DNA of 64,000 bases from Eledone cirrhosa (GCA_964016885.1 OZ024763.1:3844001-3908000); one strand, 5' to 3'; shown: positions 54,101-63,806, numbered from the stretch's first letter. Numbers and translations: made by a program. The notes: generated from the letters alone by a model not told the origin.

Positions 54101-57100
54101 ACCCTGGGGGTACCTGTAATGTATAAAGGTACCAGACAACATTCCTGAGACACTATATGGCATGAAACCACCCTTACCATACCCTGGGGGTACCTGTCAT
54201 GTATAAAGGTACCAGACAACATTCCTGAGACACCATACGGCATGAAACCACCCTTACCATACCCTGGGGGTACCTGTAATGTATAAAGGTACCAGACAAC
54301 ATTCCTGAGACACCATATGGCATGAAACCACCCTTACCATACCCTGGGGGTACCTGTAATGTATAAAGGTACCAGATAACATTCCCGAGACACTATATGG
54401 CATGAAACCACCCTTACCATACCCTGGGGGTACCTGTCATGTATAAAGGTACCAGACAACATTCCTGAGACACCATACGGCATGAAACCACCCTTACCAT
54501 ACCCTGGGGGTACCTGTAATGTATAAAGGTACCAGACAACATTCCTGAGACACCATACGACATGAAACCACCCTTACCATACCCTGGGGGTACCTGTAAT
54601 GTATAAAGGTACCAGACAACATTCCTGAGACACCATATGGCATGAAACCACCCTTACCATACCCTGGGGGTACCTGTAATGTATAAAGGTACCAGACAAC
54701 ATTCCTGAGATACCATACGGCATGAAACCACATATATGCAGTATACCAGATATATATATATACATTAAACTATATATATATACAATACAGTAGATATATA
54801 CATAGTACAGCAGAGATACATACAGTATACTGAAATATATAGACGAGGGGTGTACCACATATTCCATTGGTGGGCCACTTTTGAACATTGGAACAACTAT
54901 TAGGGCCATTAATTAAGCACTATTCCAAAGACTCACCACAACTTCTTTCCATAACATGGAACAGGGAAATTATAACACACATAACCCTATCAGTGAAGCC
55001 CTTTAGTATAGGTCAACTGTGAAATTATAACACACATAACCCTATCAGTGAAGCCCTTTAGTATAGGTCAACTGTGAAATTATAACACACATAACCCTAT
55101 CAGTGAAGCCCTTCAGTATAGGTCAACAGAAAATTGTATTACGGTTACGAAAACATATCTAAATAAGCCTACAAGGTAAAAATTAAAAATGGTCATCGCG
55201 GGCCACTTTGACTGGTCTGGTGGGTCGGATTGTGGCCCGTGGGCCGCCTGTTGCATGACCCTGATATAGACAATAAATATATACAAATATGGCAGATGTA
55301 AGGTATGTCAGATGTAAGGTATGTCAGATGTAAGGTATGTCAGATGTAAGGTATGTCAGATGTAAGGTATGTCAGATGTAAGGTATGTCAGATGTAAGGT
55401 GTGGCAGATGTAAGGTGTGGCAGATGTAAGGTATGTCAGATGTAAGGTATGTCAGATGTAAGGTATGTCAGATGTAAGGTATGGCAGACGTAAGGTATGG
55501 CAGATGTAAGGTATGGATATATGGTAGATGTAAAATAAATGTGTAAAGACTTACATTTTGTTCGTCAATGTTCCAATTTTTAAATTCAACATTGAAGAAG
55601 CCACAAATGATGACATAGGTAAGTACGAATAGGTTGAGAACTGTGAAAACACTGTTGAATGTTGTTGACTGTTTCACTCCAACTGAGAGAAGAACTGGTA
55701 AAGAAAGAGATTTCAGACACTCCATATATATATATCTTCATTTGGTATACCCTCAAAAACCCTGCGAGAGTCAAGTCTGTTGGTTCGAGGGGCACAACTA
55801 TTCAACTCCATTCCGGTACATGTCAGAAATCTATCAGGATGCAGTGTGGAATCATTCAAATTGCAGCTGGATAGATACTTAAGCACCATTAGAGATGAAC
55901 CCCATCTCCCAGGATATACACAACGAGCACAAACTGACTCAAACTCGCTCCTACACATGTCAAAATTAAACAGAGAATCCAACCTGGCAACCACACCAGA
56001 CTCTGAGGGTGGAGTCTTCGACTTGGCCTGAGCATGGACTCAAACTCAAATGAAATGAAATGAAATGAAATATATATATATATTAAAGAGTTAAACAAGA
56101 TTCAATGTGTACATCAAAGAATGAGTTTTACAGTAGATTGGAAGCACTCTACAAAAAATAATTTTCCAGAGTTATTAATATTAAAATACAAATATTAATA
56201 AAATAGATGTTCTTTTGATCAATTAAATTTTATTATACATATTTCGGAGGTACAACAGTACGTCCTCATCAGACAAAATATAACATCTCAGGGTATGTCA
56301 TGTATCATTATATTTTGTCTGATGAGGACGTACTGTTGTACCTCCGAAATATGTATAATAAAATTTAATTGATCAAAAGAACATCTATTTTATTAATATT
56401 TGTATTTTAATATATCATCACTGTTTAGCATCCATTTTTTCATGCTTGCATGGGTTAGACACATCATCCACACCGAGAGACAAGTCTAGCCAGAATTGGC
56501 CTTGCTGTACCTTGCTCCAACAGGACTGTAAATTTGGTCAGGGATTTTGCAGCTGAATGCCCTTCCTAACACCAACCACATTTACAGTGTGGGACTGGCT
56601 GCTGGCTGGCATTGTTAGGAAGAGTGACAGGCCAAATGGCCACGCCGAACTCATTCCACAGTGGAGCCAATGGTTTTGGCGTCCAGAAATCGATGGCACT
56701 ATTATGTATATATCTGTGTTTATCTCACTTTATTATATTGAATTATATTACACGACCCGGAAAAATTGTTTTCCTTGAGCTATTTAATTGTAAGTGACTA
56801 TTTTGAGTTCCTAACTCAATATATACTTTTGATATTCATTTCATTCATTTCATTTTACGTCCACTTTTCCCTGCTTGCAAGGGTGGGACGGGAACTGATT
56901 CTGGCTTGATTTCTACAGCTGGATGCCCTTCCTAACACCAACCTCATTTACAGTGAGTGCTGGGTGCTTTTTTGCCATGGCACCTCCACAACCACTTTGT
57001 AGTGGAATGATAGGGACCCTAGTTCCTATCATCTCATTTCTACAGCTGAGTAAACTGGAGCAATGTGAAATAAAGTGTCTTGCTCAAGGAAACAACACAT

Positions 57101-60100
57101 CACCCGGTCTGAGAATTGAACTCACAACCTTTCGATTGCAAGGCCAATGCTCTAACCACTAAGCCATATGCCTCCACTATATATATATAAACTTGTTTTA
57201 CATACCTGTCAGTAAAGCCACAAGACCCAATGCAAAGAAATCTGGATATTCTGCCAAGAAGTGCACATGTATTGACATGGTAGAGTTGAAATAATTGGAA
57301 ATTTTGTAGTCGACTAATGTATCAAAATTGGCTGTCCATGCTCTTGCCACACTGGCAGTTCCTGCCGTAGAATTAATAAGGGAATTAAGGGTTCAAACCA
57401 AACAATGACATTTTTTTAAAGAGACACTACAGAAAATAGATATATTGCTGTTAACATTTTAAACCAACTTTAATGGCTTCCTATTTTAATTAAAATCATA
57501 ATTTTATATAAGACACTGCCTGTGATTTTCAAATACTTTCGAAAATTATAAAGAAATTGGAAATATATAACAAACTTTCTCATTATTAAACTGGTGTTTG
57601 GAACATAACTTAACCCTTTAGCATTTAAACCGGCCGTATCTGTCCAGAATTCTCTCACCTCTTTCTGTTCAAACCGGCCGTAACTGGCTGCTCATACTTA
57701 AGTTAAGGTATTGTTCTCAAAATAGATAATATCAAAATATCATAGATTCAATATTATGTGAGATAATTATGTGAGGTAAAGCCTTTACTGTGAAAATACA
57801 ATAGTATATATAGAGTAATGTAAATATTGTGTGAGGTAAAGCCTTTACTGTGAAAATACAATAGTATATATAGAGTAATGTAAATGTTATGCGAGATATT
57901 ATGTGAGGTAACGACTTTACTGTGAAAATACAATAGTATATATAGAGTAATGTAAATATTATGTGAGGTAAAGCCTTTACTGTGAAAATACAATAGTATA
58001 TATAGAGTAATGTAAATATTGTGTGAGGTAAAGCCTTTACTGTGAAAATACAATAGTATATATAGAGTAATGTAAATGTTATGTGAGATATTATGTGAGG
58101 TAACGACTTTACTGTGAAAATACAATAGTATATATAGAGTAATGTAAATATTATGTGAGGTAAAGCCTTTACTGTGAAAATACAATAGTATATATAGAGT
58201 AATGTAAATGTTATGTGAGGTAAAGCCTTTACTGTAAAAATACAATAGTATATATAGAGTAATGTAAATGTTATGTGAGATATTATGTGAGGTAACGACT
58301 TTACTGTGAAAATACAATAGTATATATAGAGTAATGTAAATATTGTGTGAGGTAAAGCCTTTACTGTGAAAATACAATAGTATATATAGAGTAATGTAAA
58401 TATTGTGTGAGGTAAAGCCTTTACTGTGAAAATACAATAGTATATATAGAGTAATGTAAATGTTATGTGAGATATTATGTGAGGTAAAGCCTTTACTGTG
58501 AAAATACAATAGTATATATAGAGTAATGTAAATGGTAAAGGGTTAACAGAGGTTCATATCTAAAATTATGATGGAAAGATTTTAGATAAATGTAAGCTCT
58601 TTAAAATAAACAGTTTTGTATTATTGAACTTGTTGTAAATTGGCAGAGTCAGATAAAATGTTTTGTAGGGTTCAAATACTGCTGAGGTCAACTTTGTTTT
58701 TCATCTTTTCAAGGTTGATAAAAGTAAAGTACCAGTTTAGTACTAGGGTTGATTCTTTCTCTATATCTCTTTTTCACATCATCTTTATCACACTTTCTCT
58801 CATTCCCTGGAAGAAATCAGTGGTGTTCAAACCTGGAAACAGAATGGTCTCTGCCAAGCTTAATCCTTTAGCATTTACATTACTCTATATATACTATTGT
58901 ATTTTCACAGTAAAGGCTTTACCTCACATAATATCTCACATAACATTTACATTACTCTATATATACTATTGTATTTTCACAGTAAAGGCTTTACCTCACA
59001 TAATATCTCACATAACATTTACATTACTCTATATATACTATTGTATTTTCACAGTAAAGGCTTTACCTCACATAATATCTCACATAACATTTACATTATT
59101 CTATATATACTATTGTATTTTCACAGTAAAGGCTTTACCTCACATAATATCTCACATAACATTTACATTACTCTATATATACTATTGTATTTTCACAGTA
59201 AAGGCTTTACCTCACACAATATTTACATTACTCTATATATACTATTGTATTTTCACAGTAAAGGCTTTACCTCACACAATATTTACATTACTCTATATAT
59301 ACTATTGTATTTTCACAGTAAAGTCGTTACCTCACATAATATCTCACATAACATTTACATTACTCTATATATACTATTGTATTTTTACAGTAAAGGCTTT
59401 ACCTCACATAATATCTCACATAACATTTACATTACTCTATATATACTATTGTATGTTCACAGTAAAGGCTTTACCTCACATAATATCTCACATAACATTT
59501 ACATTACTCTATATATACTATTGTATTTTCACAGTAAAGGCTTTACCTCACATAATATCTCACATAACATTTACATTACTCTATATATACTATTGTATTG
59601 TCACAGTAAAGACTTTACCTCACATAATATCTCACATAACATTTACATTACTCTATATATACTATTGTATTTTCACAGTAAAGGCTTTACCTCACATAAT
59701 ATCTCACATAACATTTACATTACTCTATATATACTATTGTATTTTCACAGTAAAGGCTTTACCTCACATAATATATCACATAACCTTTACATTACTCTAT
59801 ATATACTATTGTATGTTCACAGTAAAGGCTTTACCTCACATAATATCTCACATAACATTTACATTACTCTATATATACTATTGTATGTTCACAGTAAAGG
59901 CTTTACCTCACATAATATCTCACATAACATTTACATTACTCTATATATACTATTGTATTTTCACAGTAAAGGCTTTACCTCACATAATATCTCACATAAC
60001 ATTTACATTACTCTATATATACTATTGTATTTTCACAGTAAAGGCTTTACCTCACATAATATCTCACATAACATTTACATTACTCTATATATACTATTGT

Positions 60101-63100
60101 ATTGTCACAGTAAAGACTTTACCTCACATAATATCTCACATAACATTTACATTACTCTATATATACTATTGTATTTTCACAGTAAAGGCTTTACCTCACA
60201 TAATATCTCACATAACATTTACATTACTCTATATATACTATTGTATTTTCACAGTAAAGGCTTTACCTCACATAATATCTCACATAACCTTTACATTACT
60301 CTATATATACTATTGTATTTTCACAGTAAAGGCTTTACCTCACATAATATCTCACATAACATTTACATTACTCTATATATACTATTGTATTTTCACTGTA
60401 AAGGCTTTACCTCACATAATATCTCACATAACATTTACATTACTCTATATATACTATTGTATTTTCACAGTAAAGGCTTTACCTCACATAATATCTCACA
60501 TAACATTTACATTACTCTATATATACTATTGTATTTTCACTGTAAAGGCTTTACCTCACATAATATCTCACATAACATTTACATTACTCTATATATACTA
60601 TTGTATTTTCACAGTAAAGGCTTTACCTCACATAATATCTCACATAACATTTACATTACTCTATATATACTATTGTATTTTCACAGTAAAGGCTTTACCT
60701 CACATAATATCTCACATAACATTTACATTACTCTATATATACTATTGTATTTTCACAGTAAAGGCTTTACTTCACATAATTATCTCACATAACATTTACA
60801 TTACTCTATATATACTATTGTATTTTCACAGTAAAGGCTTTACTTCATATAATTATCTCACATAATATTGAATCTATGAGATTTTGTTATTATTTATTTT
60901 GAGAATAATACCTTAACATTAGTATGAGTGGCCAGTTACAGCTGGTTCGAACAGAAAGAGGTGAGAGAAGTGTGGCTGGATAATGCCTGTTTTAAATGCT
61001 AAAGGGTTAAAATGCCCAAGACACCATATGTCACTACAACACCACATGACTTGAGTATAGTAATTGCTTGAAGTTTTCAAACTCGGTGTGTAGCACAGAT
61101 GTTACTTTTTAGGCCAGCAAGATTCCTACATTCTCTGACAGATGTTACAGACCTGGCTTTTGGCAATAAAAATCAATATCTGGTTGCCATATTCTTTTAT
61201 GTGCCACCTCAGACCTCCTGCTGATTGGTAGACTTTGACAGATTGATGACAGATTGATGACAGATTGATATACCAGATGCAGCAATGTAATCTGTATCAG
61301 CTCTTTTTACATGGCCCCTTTTGTGACTCTTTAACCCAGCTTGGCCGACTCAGGCTCTCCCACACTCATTGCCTGTCAGTTCTCCTTGGTCTCCCATGCT
61401 TTCTGGCAATTTCACTTTCAAACCCCTCTTCACATCCCTTTTTAACCTTTCATCATTTCTTCAGGCCATTTCAAAGTGTACTTTCCCTTCATATACAGCT
61501 TCCTTCCACAGAGTTTCATCATTGGCAGTGTGTTCCCAGTCTCCATCAAAGATACCAGCTTTCATCAGAGTTTTTTTCACATAGTTTTTGAACCCTCTTA
61601 GGTTTATTAGGTAGACGTTTGTCATCCCTCGTTTCTCCCCATAAAGGAGTTGTTTGGGTAACAGACTACTCACCAATAGCATATTCCAGGACTAGGGTAG
61701 GCCACCATACCACCAAACAACACCCTAACCACCGAGGGAGGCCACCATACCACCAAACAACACCCTAACCACCGAGGGAGGCCACCATACCACCAAACAA
61801 CACCCTAACCACTGAGGGAACCCACCATACCACTATACAACACCCTAAACACTAGGGTAGGCCACCATACCACCAAACAACACCCTAACCACTGAGGAGA
61901 CCCACCATACCACCAAACAACACCCTAACCACTGAGGGAACCCACCATACCACTATACAACACCCTAAACACTAGGGTAGGCCACCATACCACCAAACAA
62001 CACCCTAACCACTGAGGGGACCCACCATACCACCAAACAACACCCTAACCACTGAGGGAACCATACCACCCAGTAACACAACAGACTACTCACCAATAGC
62101 ATATTCTAGGATGAGATTCCAACCAATGATAAAAGCAATCAGTTCACCAACTGTGATGTAGCTGTAGACATAAGCAGAGCCAGTCTTGGGTACACGGGCC
62201 CCAAACTCAGCATAACAAAGCCCTGATAAAAAAAAAAAAGCAAAGAAAAAAACTGACTGTTGGAATATGTACTTATAACTACAACAAACAGTTTGGCAGC
62301 AGTGAAACCAGATTTGGTTTGGTATTATATCAGTATTTATATCTGTAGGAGGGCATTTACATCTGGTTCTGTACTGTGGGAGTATGTTCAACTTGCAATG
62401 ACTGCTTATCCGCACCAAAACACTGAATGAGTTAATCATGGATATGCTGTTTGCAGACAACTGTGTCCTTCTGGTGCTCACAGCGGAAGATCTCCAGGTA
62501 GCTGTCAGCTGGTTTTACTTAGGCTGCCAAAGCCTTTGGCCTGACCATCAGCCTCAAGAAAACTGAAGTCATGTGCTAAAGCCAGCAAATGAAGAGTACC
62601 ATCCTCTGCAGATTAACATCGATGGGAACCCCCTCAGTTCAATGGAGTGCTTTACTAACTATACAAATTTAGCCTTGTGGGACTCCCGTAAAAAGATTTT
62701 TATGTTCATCATCATTATCATCATCTGTCTACCATACTAGAATGGGTAGTACAGGATGTCTCTTTGTGAGAGATCAGGTTGGGGGACCATGATTTGCTCA
62801 CACAGAACTGATTTTGGCTTGGTTTCTATGGCTGGATGCCCTTCACGCCAGTCACATTTACAGTGTGGGCTGGGCGCTTTTTGTCATGAGAAAATGTTTC
62901 ACAGCCACATTCTCTTCCTGGCACTGATCTTTTAATCACTTCTTACAACACACAGAGATATGGTGTCTCCATTCTAGACCGGATACCCCCCCCAATAACC
63001 ACACCAAAAACAAATAGAAAATTTAATTTTGCCAAAACTATTGAATGAATGATTAGAATGTCTCAGGAAAGAATCGCTGGACAGATTTTACAGGTGAAAC

Positions 63101-63347
63101 CAGCAAGATGGTTAGATAACATCTATGGCCTTGGTTGGTCATGCTTGGGGATCCAACCAGATCAGTTGCAGACGGTTGCTTCTGACAAGAAGAAGAAGAA
63201 GAAGAAGAAGAAGAGCTGTTTACAAACCTGCAAGTACTGACACAATGGCTGCTATAAAGAAAGACAAAATAATCGATGGACCTGCCTTGGTTTTCGCAAC
63301 TTCTCCTGATAATACGTAGGCACCGGCCCCCAGGGTACTTCCCACAC
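42155..63347 (-). CDS. SLC7A1/2/3-like: Cationic amino acid transporter (CAT/SLC7A1-3 family, APC superfamily); 13 coding exons visible, first coding exon outside the window
   Basis: Manual splicing of 13 GT-AG exons (120,129,156,140,115,223,140,103,69,122,155,109,56 nt) keeps frame throughout. It gives CAT motifs [82 protein letters not shown]...NIYLM...[14 protein letters not shown]. The exact paralogue cannot be assigned by eye. Confidence 0.95.
43648..43756 (-). CDS. SLC7A1/2/3-like: CAT exon: [36 protein letters not shown](G) (AA_permease_C region)
   Basis: TTTTCAG acceptor, GTTTGT donor, VPLVP/NIYLM/TWIRF motifs. Confidence 0.94.
44453..44607 (-). CDS. SLC7A1/2/3-like: CAT exon: [52 protein letters not shown]
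   Basis: ATACAG acceptor after a (TAT)n tract, GTAAGT donor; TM segments followed by QP...FK|VP. Confidence 0.88.
44640..45110 (-). mobile_element. Non-LTR retrotransposon 3' end fragment (L1/Tx1-like, tentative)
   Basis: [11 protein letters not shown]...KRKIRVERE...FVERW frame followed by a UTR-like region and a (TAT)n tail. Confidence 0.5.
45636..45939. repeat. Foldback element, ~105-bp arms, ~90-bp loop
   Basis: ATAATTATTTCAACGGTTCTCCCATGCAATCAAGATGTAATTCATG and its reverse complement. Confidence 0.85.
46007..46128 (-). CDS. SLC7A1/2/3-like: CAT exon: [41 protein letters not shown](S)
   Basis: TGTTAG acceptor, GTAAGT donor; phase 2-1 bridges both neighbours; FxLKxL...PT..S pattern. Confidence 0.87.
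46441..46669 (+). mobile_element. piggyBac-like MITE, unexpanded copy
   Basis: TTAA-CCCATTAGCATTTA ... TAAATGCTAAAGGG-TTAA termini. Confidence 0.8.
46906..46974 (-). CDS. SLC7A1/2/3-like: CAT exon: [23 protein letters not shown](N), variable cytoplasmic loop
   Basis: Long polypyrimidine tract plus TTTTAG acceptor, GTAAGT donor; completes the conserved LR|Y; phase 2-2. Confidence 0.85.
47114..47451. mobile_element. hAT-like MITE (copies at 7692-8026 and 24134-24466; related fragmented copy ~42481-43110)
   Basis: TIRs CAGAGGTTCTCAAA / TTTGACAACCTCTG with an 8-bp TSD GTTTACAG/GTTTACAC. Confidence 0.8.
48063..48165 (-). CDS. SLC7A1/2/3-like: CAT exon: [34 protein letters not shown](R)
   Basis: TGTAG acceptor, GTGAGT donor, MSIGTLLAY motif. 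Confidence 0.93.
48215..48562. repeat. ~40-bp G-rich minisatellite, ~9 copies (~5 copies at ~8930-9115 and ~25375-25562)
   Basis: CTGTATTAAAGTTGGGGTCACAAGGTTACAGAGAAGGGGG units. Confidence 0.9.
48695..48886. mobile_element. Small TA-embedded element ending in a ~115-bp hairpin; related copies at ~15580-15745 and ~31712-31878
   Basis: TAGGAACGAGTAGGACCCC...GGGGTCCTACTCGTTCCTA palindrome; shared GTGGTAAGGAACCAGATGGACCATA segment. Confidence 0.65.
49158..49297 (-). CDS. SLC7A1/2/3-like: CAT exon: [47 protein letters not shown](G)
   Basis: TTTCAG acceptor, AG|GTCATT donor (weak consensus but phase-consistent), [10 protein letters not shown] motif. Confidence 0.92.
50116..50480 (-). mobile_element. 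LINE RT 3' fragment with an inverted 5' segment
   Basis: Minus strand SNSELYG...RRLRLAGH...[11 protein letters not shown]...DRDRWR; plus strand SWTLTKKL...[14 protein letters not shown]. Confidence 0.8.
50520..50766. repeat. Foldback element, ~78-bp arms
   Basis: TACAATATATTAACAAATGGAAA...CAAGGGCCACCAAG and its reverse complement. Confidence 0.85.
50565..50628 (-). ncRNA. Candidate type I hammerhead ribozyme (Penelope-type minimal HHR)
   Basis: AUUUUAU-CUGAUGA-AAGCGCACCA..UGGUGGCCCUU-GAAA-UAUAUA-UA-AUAAAAU: perfect 7-bp stem I, intact core, imperfect stem II. Confidence 0.62.
52135..52442. repeat. 32-36-bp minisatellite containing 9 copies of the exon 52430-52652 splice donor
   Basis: TTTACCTGGATGT (sense ACATCCAG|GTAAA) at 52161, 52193, 52227, 52263, 52297, 52329, 52361, 52393, 52425. 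Confidence 0.93.
52430..52652 (-). CDS. SLC7A1/2/3-like: CAT exon: [74 protein letters not shown](S)
   Basis: TTTGCAG acceptor, AG|GTAAAT donor (first of 9 tandem copies), [11 protein letters not shown] motif. Confidence 0.94.
53039..53153 (-). CDS. SLC7A1/2/3-like: CAT exon: [38 protein letters not shown](G)
   Basis: TTACAG acceptor (last of 20 tandem copies), GTGAGT donor, GGFMPYG and GFVGFD motifs. Confidence 0.93.
53091..54730. repeat. 80-bp minisatellite, ~20.5 copies, each = 17 nt of intron end with acceptor + first 63 nt of exon 53039-53153
   Basis: Exact 80-bp period; sense unit ACCTTTATACATTACAG|GTACCCCCAGGGTATGGTAAGGGTGGTTTCATGCCATATGGTGTCTCAGGAATGTTGTCTGGT. Confidence 0.97.
54966..55128. 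repeat. 55-bp tandem repeat x3
   Basis: GAAATTATAACACACATAACCCTATCAGTGAAGCCCTTTAGTATAGGTCAACTGT. Confidence 0.9.
55288..55533. repeat. 16-bp minisatellite, ~15 copies
   Basis: CAGATGTAAGGTATGT units. Confidence 0.92.
55555..55694 (-). CDS. SLC7A1/2/3-like: CAT exon: [47 protein letters not shown]
   Basis: TACCAG acceptor, GTAAGT donor, phase 1-0. Confidence 0.93.
55737..56072 (+). mobile_element. LINE 3' end with (AAATG)n tail
   Basis: [15 protein letters not shown]...[20 protein letters not shown], a C-terminal motif of non-LTR ORF2. Confidence 0.75.
56227..56279 (-). ncRNA. Candidate type I hammerhead ribozyme, sense to the CAT pre-mRNA
   Basis: AUUUUGU-CUGAUGA-GGACGUAC(UGUU)GUACCUCC-GAAA-UAUGUA-UA-AUAAAAU. 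Confidence 0.7.
56312..56364 (+). ncRNA. Candidate type I hammerhead ribozyme (mirror copy)
   Basis: Identical motif on the other arm: intact CUGAUGA/GAAA/UH core, 7-bp stem I, stem II with one mismatch, short self-complementary stem III. Confidence 0.7.
56845..57176 (-). mobile_element. Composite SINE
   Basis: Same element as 9520-9855. Confidence 0.8.
57206..57361 (-). CDS. SLC7A1/2/3-like: CAT exon: [52 protein letters not shown]
   Basis: CAG acceptor, GTATG donor, SVARAW and YPDFFA motifs; not in the ORF track. Confidence 0.93.
57610..58546 (+). mobile_element. piggyBac-like MITE with internal 60/75-bp minisatellite (~12 units)
   Basis: TTAACCCTTTAGCATTTA ... TAAATGGTAAAGGGTTAA termini; body homologous to 46441-46669. 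Confidence 0.85.
58860..61010 (-). mobile_element. piggyBac-like MITE in opposite orientation with internal 75-bp minisatellite (~27 units)
   Basis: TTAATCCTTTAGCATTTA ... TAAATGCTAAAGGGTTAA termini; source of the spurious 741-aa and 631-aa ORFs. Confidence 0.85.
61380..61660 (-). mobile_element. LINE (RTE-like) 3' fragment
   Basis: LPKQLLYGE...[18 protein letters not shown]...FE pattern. Confidence 0.65.
61691..62075. repeat. 40-bp minisatellite, ~9.5 copies, flanked by a 31-bp direct duplication of the exon end and donor
   Basis: CCACCATACCACCAAACAACACCCTAACCACTGAGGGAAC units; ACAGACTACTCACCAATAGCATATTCYAGGA at 61661 and 62081. Confidence 0.92.
62094..62222 (-). CDS. SLC7A1/2/3-like: CAT exon: [43 protein letters not shown](G)
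   Basis: TTTATCAG acceptor, GTGAGT donor; strongly conserved CAT motif (end of ORF 62086..62481). Confidence 0.96.
62360..62660 (+). mobile_element. LINE RT fragment (RTE-like)
   Basis: [10 protein letters not shown]...EDLQ...[16 protein letters not shown], a degenerate LFADD region. Confidence 0.75.
63228..63347 (-). CDS. SLC7A1/2/3-like: CAT exon: (G)[39 protein letters not shown](G)
   Basis: TTGCAG acceptor, GTTTGT donor, phase 1-1, TM1 GSTLGAG motif. Confidence 0.93.
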
Positions 63348-63370
63348 CTGCAACAGAGAAAGGAAAAACA

Positions 63371-63744
63371 ATTAACCCTTTAGCATTTACATTACTCTAT
63401 ATTTACTATTGTATTTTCATCTTTGATGTTATTTATTTTGAGAACAATACCTTAACATCAGTATGAGTGGCAAGTTACAGCCGGTTTGAACAGAAAGAGG
63501 TGAGAGAATTCTGGCCGGATACAGCTGGTTTAACCTCTTCAGAGCCATAGATGAGATAACTCATCCTAACATGTATGAACTCTTTTCCAACAGTTCATAA
63601 CTTCAAATCTAGGTGGAGCTACTAGTTTATTGATGTGACATTTATCAATCAAAATAGTCATTTTACTGAAAACAAACCCAGCACAGCAACTGTAAATGTG
63701 TAAAATATACACGGCAGTCAACAGGTTACATGCTAAAGGGTTAA
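63371..63744 (-). mobile_element. piggyBac-like MITE of the same family, internally deleted and interrupted by ~200 bp of other sequence
   Basis: TTAACCCTTTAGCATTTAC at 63371, body to ~63533, ATGCTAAAGGGTTAA at ~63730. Confidence 0.65.
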
Positions 63745-63806
63745 ATAATATAATCAGAGCCATTATACAGCCTGTTCTCCCAAAGAAAATGTCTAATCTA
63801 TAATAT

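Larger units (their letters stand above)
56178..56412. repeat. Foldback element, ~105-bp near-perfect arms, ~24-bp loop
   Basis: Arms are reverse complements apart from a 1-nt indel. Confidence 0.92.

Noticed and set aside
53091-54730. CRISPR-like regular array
   Set aside because: Contiguous near-identical units with no unique spacers, eukaryotic context, no cas genes. The same applies to the other arrays.
58640-60865. 741-aa, 631-aa and 251-aa (57754..58509) ORFs
   Set aside because: They are stop-free frames of 60/75-bp minisatellite units (multiples of 3) inside MITEs in an intron; no protein-like features.
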